NCBI GenBank assembly: GCA_965285935.1
Contig: OZ260665.1
Location: 64,418,001 to 64,482,000 of the forward strand
DNA length: 64,000 nt
From: Ophelia neglecta
Taxonomy: Eukaryota
Direction of reading: 5' to 3'
Part shown: piece by piece, positions 35,498 to 46,751 of the stretch
Numbering within the stretch: position 1 is the stretch's first letter
How the letters are laid out: each line of letters begins with the position of its first letter
Position numbers and translations under genes: made by a program
Notes under the pieces: model-generated
Told to the model about the DNA's origin: nothing
The model's database searches: none
Seen by the model: only the letters and a program-made list of their open reading frames with translations

Positions 35498-37693
35498 TTA
35501 CATGAGGGAACATCTGTCTTTAAATGGAGACACTCGTTTGTTGTCAGCATATTTTCCGGTCCACAGGCCAAGGTTCTTGGGCTCCTGCAACATTAAATGT
35601 AGAATAAGGACCAACCGAGCTTCTAAATGCTCAACAGTGACTGAGCCTTCGTAACCTATACAATAACTGAACTTCTTAAAGCAAGATAATACCAGAACTT
35701 CAAAAATCTTTTAATAACCGAGCTTCTAAAATCTAAAAATTACAATCAACGTTTCATTAAGAAAAGGTTTAAATGCAGTTCTGCTTTGATAATATCATAC
35801 ATTTTCGTCATTAATTATTATGAAACACAGGCTTGGTCAGCAGCTAGCAATCTGTATAATAACAAATCCCCAAGTATTGCAAAAGGACGCAGTCTTAGTT
35901 ATTAAACCTCGGATGTAAGCCAAGAGATTTAATAATTCATGATAGACGAGTTCAGGCAAAGGCCCGGCCAAAATATATAATATTGTTAGTACACAATAAT
36001 TCACTACAGTGTTCGTAACCGGCATATAAGCTCTACCTGCATGATAAACTCTATAACCGGGACGCCATGGTAAATTTCCACCTCATTGACATTCACCCGC
36101 GTGGATTTGGCGGGGTTGGTATGCTGGTTTACAGCCTCTTCAACGTCCTAAAACATGCAAATGCAATCAGAACAATGTGTATATTTATGGCCCTTAAATT
36201 GAACTTTGTGTATCATATATGTGATGATTTGTCAATAAGGAGTTTATGTATAGCGACGTTTTTTCTCATTAATTTGTCTTGCTAAGCAATCCTTCAAATG
36301 AATTAATGTCAAACACACACACTTTACGTTAAGGACTTCCACATATCAATTGATAAGTTAACAGAAATTCAAGCCTCGCCGTAAAAATGGGCAAATTTGT
36401 TTTGCCTTTCCGTGGCGACACTTATAAGGATGGACGGGATTGTTTGTCAAGTCCTTGTCTTCCTATATTTATAAGTCAATTCGTATCTTTAATCTATTGT
36501 TAGCTGAACTAAAATCAAGGCTAGTAAATTACTTTTTTAATCAGCGTCCATTCTAATGGACCACCAAGGTAATTTGTTGTTACCATGTTCAGGTTCAAGT
36601 CAGGAAGAGCTGAAACCAAGAGTAAAGAGTAAGGGTAAAAAGAAAGATAACGGTAAATTAATAGGCTAAATACAGGGGGCTGTCTGAATAGAAAAATAAA
36701 TATGTTGGTCTTAAATATACGATAATAAAGTAATGTACAGACACTGAGCTAGATTTTATATGATGACATTTGTGTCACCTCATGAGCTAATATCTATAAG
36801 GCAGACATTGAACATAATTTTAGATATCTAAATTGTTTGTAATTTAGTAAACCTTTCCGCAGGTAGTTGTATATTGGCATCACAGAGGTGGGATCCAGTA
36901 GATGAAGTTTGATAAAGAGAATGTTTAAATCCCGATTGTACTCGACGTCACTATATTCTCCTTTCACTACTGGCTGGATGAACTTGTACACCCATTTACT
37001 ATTTCGTACTTTCTCGGACAGTTTGACCGCCCAAGAACGGCTGAAATAATAGAATTAACACGATTAGTTTCACACTCTTCCACCAAGGAAAGTTTTGCCG
37101 AGAATATAAAATAATAATGTATACTTGTACCGGTCGCTGTCCAGAAAAGCACGGAATGGTGTTTTTGTCTGCTCATCCCTGACGAGGTCTTGGAAAAGCA
37201 GCGTGTACAGGGCAAAACCTGATAATAAACGGAAAGTCTTTGTAAGCGAGATTAATTATATGAAAATGAATCATAATAATACCATTTAAAATCTAATTAA
37301 TGTGAATAGACAGAATGACATTCCATTAGTGCAAATATTTATCTTACCGACTTTTTTCCAGTTTGCACTGGAGAAATAAGAATTCATCTCCTCTTCTATC
37401 GTATCCTTTTTGAGGAGAGTATGTATTGCATATTTATCCTCTAGATTGCATATGGCTTGAGACACGTAGTACACTGCGAATTGCTCGAAGTCAAACCAGT
37501 GCCAATCAATCATATCCTCGTATTTATCCTTTACATGCGAAGGAAAGAACACATCTTTTACCGGGCTTTGACTCTTCACATGCGAAAGAAAAAGATGTCT
37601 GCATGCAATGGTGACTAGGTCCTGGTTGTTGAGAATTGGGGTCATAGTGAGCAAGGCGTCCACCGTCAGGGTATTGTCGTTCACAGTAGCCAT
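35498..37693 (-). CDS. Uncharacterised 298-aa protein with C-terminal CaaX motif (CSLM)
   Basis: 6 phase-consistent exons: 37693-37348, 37218-37131, 37040-36853, 36609-36533, 36147-36037, 35584-35498 (TAA). Continuous frame MATVNDNTLTVDALLTMTP...FEQFAVYYVSQAI...ALYTLLFQ...FLDSDRRSWAVKL...YNRDLNILFIKLHLLDP...KRVSPFKDRCSLM*. Probable non-coding 5' exons lie upstream (donor sites near 38057, 38253 and 40103). Confidence 0.8.
35615..35731. repeat. Degenerate minisatellite (~25-bp period) in the last intron of the CaaX gene
   Basis: ACCGAGCTTCTAAA occurs at both ends, with ACTGAGCCTTC, ACTGAACTTCTTAAA and ACCAGAACTTCAAAA between them. Confidence 0.5.
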
Positions 37694-40600
37694 TGTTAAT
37701 TATCTAATGCCAGAAAGTGGGCTATATCCGATGTGTAAAATTTGGTAACAGATATATAGTTATTTGTAGCACGTCGCACATTGTGTGTATTGTTCAAGTG
37801 ATACTACATCCTATCCGATTTGATTCCACTTCCTTATCCTTTCGGAGCACTATTTTGGCAAGATATTAACATGAACATTCGAATATTTGTTTGTTCGATT
37901 CTTTGCATCTGCTTATATGCAGCATTACCGCAATGATAAGTGTGTTTACACTTCTAAATAATTATGCTGGCGGCCGAGGCATGAAGGTAAACATTCAGGC
38001 CACCATGTGTCCTCTAATCTCATCACGATCCCAGTCTTCTCCACACTTCAGAACTTACTTCCAGTATCCTGCATCTGACTACTTTCAACTAGTGTTCGTG
38101 CGCTCCATTTTGTATCCTATCCAAACTTAGGAGCATGTCATATTAACCTCAATTGCCCATCAACTAAATATATCCGAGTTGTACTGAAAAGATGATAAAA
38201 CAGAAAATTATCCTCGAGTGTATCCCTCAGTGTGGAGTATGGGCCCCACTCACCAGTTTAGTGAAAAGCAGACGGTCTGAGGGATGTGAGCTGGACCGGG
38301 CAGAACAGAACCACCCAAAATAATTCGCTTATATTAAATAGCACTATGTCCTCATTTGATGATAATAAGGCATTAGTAGCTTAACTATGATGCGAGTTGT
38401 TTGGATGGAAAACTATGGTAGGTCTGGAACTCACCGCATTTCAATTAAATCATATTATCGTTGAGCATCCGGTGATAGCAAATAAGAATGCCCCTCTATC
38501 ACAACTAGTTGCCAACTTCACAATTCTGCAATACCATCAGACTGTATTACTCAGACGAGCGTGTGCGCGCAATGGGCTAAATTTATCCTAAGACATGTGA
38601 TACTTTGCTCTTTATTTCTTGGCACGTGGATGGCCAGGAAATGATTCTGGCTTTAGCTGCGTTTGATGTCAGTGTTATCGCAATTAAGCCCAAACAAAAG
38701 GATAAGAAAATAGAACCAAATTTTACCTGTCGTAAGATGTTTCAGCAAGGGGCAATTATCAAGTACACTGCATTTTGTCATGAGTGACCTGAAATGCTGG
38801 TCTCTCATGAATATACCATTGATAACTATTTCGTATCGATGAACTGAGATAGCTTCGTACTGTAACTAATCTAATATGTAAGAGGTCCAGACAGAATAAA
38901 TAACCATGTCTATGTTGAGTTAGTGACATGAATATTTCGAGAAATCATAAAATGCGAATATTATCACAGGTAAATAAATCGTTAGTTTAGATGATCTAGA
39001 TTGACCAAGATAGTAAATGCATAATCTCTTTGAACTTTATGCCAGGGAATACAGCAGTAGAATGTGACTAACTTCATACATACTCAATGATTTAAAGTCA
39101 AGAGTGCAATCCAGTTGAGTTAGTTCATATATATGTAAATTAGTCCAGATTATGAATCCTCTTTAAATTATCCGGTTTAAAGTTAAGGTCGTAAAGGCAA
39201 TCGTAGCTTGTTATAATAATGTTTTTGTCCACGTTTTCTAAGACTTGTATGATATTCCTATATATGTATATAAGGCAATGATTGATAACATTGGCTCGGT
39301 CTAATCTGGAACAATAACACCTATGTTTGACTAGCTTTGACTTAGATTTTGCTTTCAGTAGTCGTTAACATAACCTATATCCTAATCCAAATTACTGATA
39401 TACATGTAGTTTGAACAACCCTAGCAGTGGCTCTATTAATATCTTTTATCATGTTCGCCCTGACCAGATTCATATGATTAATAATGCGTTATTGCAACAG
39501 TGATAATATTAGCCTAACAGTATAATTGGTTTATCCTTTACTGTGTTATAGTTTGTAGGTACATGTTATTGTAAACAACATCAAGCGATAGATTCACTTC
39601 CGAACAAGACTACAATGCAAGGCAAACATATATTCAGAAATGCAACAATGCAAGACAATGTATACAGAGATACGTGATTTTTTAAATGCAACTTTTTGTA
39701 GATCACAAATAAATTAAGGAAATTAATATTATTGCAAAATAATTATGTGATCCGCCATTTTCTATTGATATGTGGTGTTGTTTTAGTCCCTTCTTCCCGA
39801 CTTTCTATACAACGAGACCTAACATGACATTATTATATTAGAAAAAACAAGTATCCAATCGTGTAATGAGATAAAATAGATGCCATGCTGTTTGCACCTG
39901 TCCTACTCACTTTCGGTTATGAATATAATCCCCAAAAATACACTTGTTCTCAAGGTGTTTCTAGCTTTTTCCTGGTTGAATCAGAATTATCGTTGGTTTA
40001 ACTAGTTCACAATATATAACAGAGATTCTATGCAGACCTGGTATGCTCTTGTGTGACATAATTACTTGACGGATAATCAGTAAATGGTATAACGTATACT
40101 TACCCGTTACGATTTGTGACCCTTCTACAGGGTGTAAATCCTGCGACGTATTTAGGAATATTCTTAAAAAAGTCGGCTTCTTGGGGGAAAATGTCCACGT
40201 ACTTTTCGATACAGAGCTTTCGATGTGTTGCTAGACTGTGTATCAATCATTGAAGCTATGCGGGTCATAACATGGCAAGAGTGCAGTGTACACACTCATC
40301 ATGGACCTGATGTATGTGTGGTATATGTCCGTCCCACAATGATGACTAGTTACAGTATGTCGGGATTTACCACCGGGTATTACGCTATGAACGTTGTACT
40401 TTGATAATAATTACCAGCCGTGCAGCTCCCATTGTGGTGATTCTGTTATATTATTACCAGGTTTGACATACAGGGTGCTTGTCATCTGTCCCCACACAAC
40501 CAACTCCCATGGTGGTTCACATATATGGGTCTTGGGAGTCCCTATGTCGCACGATGCATTATGTACCTGTTGCTCCTTTGTTTTCTCCACATATGTCGCG

Positions 40601-41791
40601 CTAAGATCGCCGAGCTTATTTCTAGCCAATGTACGTATTTATAGATTCATTTCGCTTCAGGCCAATAGTTAAACCCTTCTTATAAAGGTGCCTTTTGTCA
40701 TTTGATTCTTTTCAAGCCACAATTTTGTTATCAATGTTATACTTAACATTAAATTAGATTGTATCTGAGTTATATAGAATATGGAATTCCATAATGTCAC
40801 GTGCCCCCAGGGGCGCTAAAAGCGCGATAGTTTAAATGATTCTAAGGCATATTTAAAATTATAATTATTAGTGAAAGTCGTGGCGCCAGATAAATTATCT
40901 TATATAAAGACATATATACATTTTCAAACCTTAAAGGATGTATGACAGGGATAATTTTCATATTTTCAATTTTGATAACGGTATCTCATTTAGAATAGAG
41001 TGGAGCCGTGTATCATAGCATAGAACACTATATCATTATTTTGGCATTGCTCTTTCCTGTCGATGATGAGATGTAGCTACGAACTGGGTTATTTTTTTGC
41101 GATTATATTTAGTTAAAATTGATTCTTTCAGACTACCTCTGTCTTTTGTTAACCTAAAAATTGAATTGAATAGTATTCGGGTCATGAACCATGTAACGCA
41201 AAATCATATAATTAAATATATTGCAGTCTGAGAAGATTTTTTGTCGTTGAACAAAATTAATTCTCCTATTCGACTTGGGTAAACATTGGAAATGGATTAT
41301 GAAAGTTGGAATTTCTGTATCTATCAGTGACAAGCAAGGTTTCTAGAGTTAGTAGTGTGTGGTATTTTACTGTTAATATTATTAAAGATAGTCGCAGAAG
41401 CGCAACACCACGTACACCTCATACTAGTAGCATAACATAAATGGCTAAATGAGTAGTCGTATAGGCTACATCTCACAAATATTGTAATGAGAGTAGTCCC
41501 ATAAACTTGCAAATAAATTCCAACATATTTTCATTGGATTTGAACTAGGTCTGTAAATATAATCTTAGTGCGTTAAAATATGGTCTACTATTAAAATGTA
41601 TACCAATAGAGAAATGAAACTTCTATTAAGAAGTCTTTTCTGGCATCACTTTATTTAGAGCAATACAACGAATGATATTGTACTGCGATGTACATCTTTT
41701 ACATACGCCCAGTAGTCTTTAATATCTTGTAATGAACTTTTTAAACCGCGATAGATCACACGTCATTTGTTTATGTTTAAGTGACCGCAAG

Positions 41792-41865
41792 CCCTAGCGA
41801 CGTTCTTGGATACCACAACAAACTTTTACACACCCTTAGCGACATCGTGGATACCACAACAAACT
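41792..41865. repeat. Local direct duplication (2 x ~33 bp)
   Basis: CCCTAGCGACGTTCTTGGATACCACAACAAACT and CCCTTAGCGACATCGTGGATACCACAACAAACT. Confidence 0.7.
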
Positions 41866-43089
41866 CCGACCGCATTACGTCACGGTTTCCAAGGTGATAG
41901 ACTTAACACGTGGTGGAATGACCCACTCTCGGTCAGTCACGTCTGAGGGTATTTAATGTCACATCATATTTGGAACTGGTTTATATTTCGTTCTTATAAT
42001 ATACTATTATGATTGAATTAGCAAGGAATATGTTAAATTTGATTATAGAATATATAATTCTTCATATGTTAGTTTATTACTATAATTATGAGAAGTTATG
42101 AAAAATGAGGTCACAGTTTTACACCTTCACACCCCTTGCAGAAGGCCTCTGTTTGGAATGTTCCATTAAGTCGGTCAATGACTGTCTACAAAAAATTCAT
42201 TCATGAATGTTGGCACGAAGGAGGGGGATGAGTAGTTTTCTTGTACCGCAATTTGAGGCGCCGTGACTCATGAAACAAAGATTTACCGTGAATTGTAACA
42301 TGGAATTCTTATCATATCTTGTGAACGGTAAAGATGCAAACAAGTGTCCTTTGGGATGTTATGCTATGGTCAATATCATAAAATTTACTGTCTAGTGCTT
42401 TTAAGACGATAGATCTATCTATACACTGCCTTAATATTTTTTAGTTTCCTCACTGATATTGCTTAAAACCCTAGGGATTATGCCAGAATAACGTATGGTT
42501 CTGAGGATGAGGGTCTGAGGATAAGACCTGTACTATAGGCTTTGGGCTAGGAGATGGGCGCAAAACGACATTATGTTGCAATTATGCTAGTTATATTAGT
42601 TTTCAATTTTAGTAGAATATTTACCAATCGAAATCACTTTCTGTCTTCATTTATCAACAAATAACTAATTTTGAGTAAAAAAGTTTAAGTAAGACACGAC
42701 GACTGGTTTAATAGAAACAGCGTTAGAACAAGGGAAACAAGTTTTATTGAGCAATACAACAGGTTTGTGTTTTATACACCTAGGGAGAAGCAATCACTTG
42801 TATCTTTATATTGTAAAATTTCCCACAGTTACTTGTATCTTTACATTGTGAAATTTCCCTACACAATACGAGCTTGCCTCTTCCGATCGACCGTGCGAGA
42901 GTGGAAAAGAAAAATGGCACAATATAAAACAATATTATGTCTCCAAAGCACGTTTATGTAAATCTTGTTAGAAGCATACTACTTTTTATTAACATTTCTC
43001 CTTAAATTTGCTCTCATGATACATAATCGAAATATAATTGCATATTTTTGGTGCTAATACTTCCATATCATCAAACTCGATACAAACAT

Positions 43090-46000
43090 CTATATATATA
43101 TCATTCGGCATCCACAACAAAATGACAGCCAGCTGCTGCCATTTTTTCTCTTGTCCAGACCCATTCCAATACTGTTGGTATGATCTGAAATAATGTACTC
43201 AGTACGTATTAAACCCATTCAACTGAGTGACATAAGTTATAGCCTTACATTGTTAGTCCTCCAAATAGATCTATATCTTTGAAAATATGCCGGGCATTGA
43301 GTTGGTCTCGGAATTACCTGAGATTTTTTATATGATGACAGCTGATGGGAGGGGGGGGGGGGGTTGTAGGGGGGGGATGCATGATAATATCCATGGCATA
43401 TCTAGGAGTTTCCAACGGGTTTAAGAAATAATACGGTACTGACAATACTGTTACACTCAATAAATTTCTCAAGATATCAATAAAAGGAACTGGGGCTTCA
43501 AACGCGCGCAAAACGTCACCTACTATATACAAACTTAGGCAAGTTCAAAACCACAATCCTTTAGCAGCCATCGACTGTTTAGCCATAAACTTGCATTTTG
43601 TCAGCATTTTAGTGCATCAGTCTATCGCCAACGGCAAGCTATACTATGACAAACCGACAACAGGGATTTGCATCAAACTTACATCACAGCAATATTGTCA
43701 ATAACGCAATAGTATGTTCCTTGAAATTAGTCACAAATGCCCTTCTTCAACCTTCGCCTATAAATGCTCTGAAAGAGCCCCTATGGCTTAACCGACTTAT
43801 CTCAGACTGGAACCGCCTAATTATTTATTCCAAAGGTAGGGAACAAAATGATTTGCTTGGCTGGATTTATTATGGATACACAAACATATAACTAAGTTGA
43901 AATTGAGTTAAGAACTGGAAGCAAAATAATTGCAAATACCGACAATGTTGATCACAGGGATTTTAACCCCAAAACCCTTTGCAATTAAACAAAACGAACT
44001 TTTATAAATTGATTGCATACCTTTTACTGCTATCTGTTGGTATACCTTATTGTTAACAAAAGGATGTAATCAAATAAAGACGTTATGATATTGTCATAAC
44101 CACTTATATCGTAATATTGGAATGGTTTATTTTCTTCGAGGCTGTCTATCTTAGGTGGACAAAGTATAACATCCGGTTAGCCACACTATATCTACCATCC
44201 TGCTCTTTTTCGCAAATGGGTTCAATTTAAATATACATCATAAATAATGTAGTCAAGTCGTGGAAATATACAATAACAAGGCAACAGATGTCAACCCTCA
44301 GATACAAATACCGAATACAAATACTTGGCAAATCTTGACTTGGATAAATGCCTAGATTTGATTTTGATAAATGTTCTATTTCCATATTTGGCTTGATGAA
44401 TAATTCCAGGCTGTCCAAATGTTCTTTCTACTTTTATCAGTTAAAAGAACTGGTAGGAAACAATCTGGTCGTTTCCACTATATGTCGCATGGGCAAAACA
44501 GAGCAAAGGCGCTTTGGCATGCTCTAAGATTTAAAGACAGGTTTTTGTGGCTGACAAAAGAGATACAAAACTCACTGTTCGCCAGTTTTCCCCATTAGTG
44601 GCTACAAAATACATGCTTTCTTTGTGCCTTTCAACAAAGTAGGCAGGAAGTGTGTTTACTCACCAACAATTTGCCGGCTCTCCTCGCTAGTATCAGCTTT
44701 AATCTCATTTAAATAATCTATAATTGCTATACAGTCCCTGTAAAAGTTAACAAAGTACATTAGGATATATAGTTACTGGTATCGATGGTTGACATTCAAG
44801 CAAAAAATCAAAAATCGTCTGGGTCATGGAACCTGGTGAAGATTAAGGCAAATTGTTCTTATATTTCTTATAAGGGGTTTGTGGCTTTTAACAAAAGACC
44901 ATCCCAAGGCGGAAGCACCCCCCCCCCCCTCCCGGTTACAACCCTACCGTAAATAGCTTGTCAGATGAATCTGAGTGTCTATGACTTCTTCAGGATCACC
45001 TGATATATCGGTGGCGGAGGTTTTGTCCGAGCCATCGTTACCTAGTTTAGTTTGGAAGAAGGGAACATTTTTAAAATATGTTCAAATTAACGCAATCACT
45101 CTCTTCTTATTTAAGACGACAGATCACCCTAAAACTGATACAGATAAAAGGAATTACCAAAGTCCAGTTTAAATTTGACGTGCAGGTTGTGTACTATTTT
45201 CAGTTCTCGCGCGAGTAACCACATACACGCTTTGAGCGTTGCCATGACTTTAGTTTGATCGGCGGAAGGATTGCTGGAACTAAATTGGAAATCCGTGTTT
45301 AACTCAATGACAATTGAGCTACACATTAGCCTATGTCACCCTGAAAGACAAGACTTTACCCCACTGATTATGTATCCAGAAAAAAATAAATGACAATGCC
45401 GACAGTGTATGTCTACCTTGAGAAGTTATTATAATTGTATCTATCTACCCTTTATCCTAGTTCTAACTGTCCTCTTCAAATTTTCCGAGAGCTTTAAGCC
45501 AGAGTTAGGGCCTCAATTCTCCATTAGCTCTTATAAACTAAAAAAATCTAAAAAAGAATATCCAATTTACTCAAAACATAGACGTTATATAATAGCTCTC
45601 AGCTGATTCTGATAGAGATCTCTATGTTTGGTTTCTTTTTCCTGTTTTTAATTGCTGACCTTAGGAGATTGTTAAGGTGATCTTTGGCGTTGGTGAAACA
45701 ATTCTTACAGCGACGTCTGGCGCTGGCTAATCTGTCCGCTAGTTTGTCACTCTCAACAAATGGCGATTTTATCTCCACCGCAAGATTATGTAGTTCAGCA
45801 ACTGCCTGGTTCGTGTCCGATATACTCTGGAACGAAATGTTTGGCACACTGATATTATCATTATCATTAAATTTCTTATGTATTCAAACAAGCATCTTTG
45901 AACAAGTTTCAATGATCTATTAGTGAAATGCTTCTCGAAATGACTTGCAATATTGGAAAACGATGTTGTTACAGACGAAATACAAAAAACTCAATTTCGA

Positions 46001-46751
46001 TGATATGCATTAAGGCTGCCAAGGAAATGGGTTGCGCATGTTATCCATTCTGATCATTACTTGCCATTACATTCCAAACTATGGACGTTTTTTGGAGAGA
46101 CTTGTACACTTATAACATAATAACATCAGATGGCATCCTATCTCCGATAGCACGGCAACATTGAAGTTTTCGTGAAGAAGAACTTAACGATTGAGTTTTG
46201 TTTTCTAGCCCTGTCTCATTCGATCAGTGCAGAGTATTCCATACCTGCCAGGTAATGTTTGTTTTGAATCATTACACATCACGTCTAACGGTGAAGTCGG
46301 TCAATAGATTAAAGGTTTTCCAACCACACGTTGTGCAGTACGATAAATGCAGTCACGGGTAGACTCGAAATCAAGTCATTTCGGGAGAATAAACACAGCA
46401 GCCAATCTTGTCACATATTATACATATATTATTCTAAATCTGACAGATTCACTATTCAATAATTAATTTAAAACCATTAAAGTATGAACAGTTTTAAAAG
46501 TCAGTATGTGATCATGGTATAATTGATGTCAGAGTATCAAGCATGTGTTTGAAGAATATAATGCGAAATAAGACCGATACGTGACACATAGCATACATTA
46601 ATGCACATGCATGAGCAGAAGCAAATAATCCCAATAAGATACAGTGTCAATGATGAGATGTATACACTATTTGAGTTATTCTTCACTGATTTAATTTACA
46701 GCAGGTCCTCACCTCTTTCACGGCATTGGAGATCGGGTGTACCAGCGTCAT
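43090..46751 (-). CDS. R7 family RGS-binding protein (R7BP/RGS7BP or R9AP-like), ~196 aa
   Basis: 6 phase-consistent exons: 46751-46713, 45826-45660, 45279-45158, 45041-44948, 44737-44664, 43184-43090. The helices parallel R7BP: AVKESISDTNQAVAELHNLAVEI ([23 protein letters not shown]), SDKLADRLASARRRC (CPSLRAEMHKTRTKG), KVMATLKACMWLLAREL (RLYIQLQCCLEMYTTEM), YLRDCIAIIDYLNEI (TERDMREMKNLLSKL). The basic plus di-Cys tail KRKNGSSWLSFCCGCRM parallels RRRKRRFFGLCCLVSS. Confidence 0.7.
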
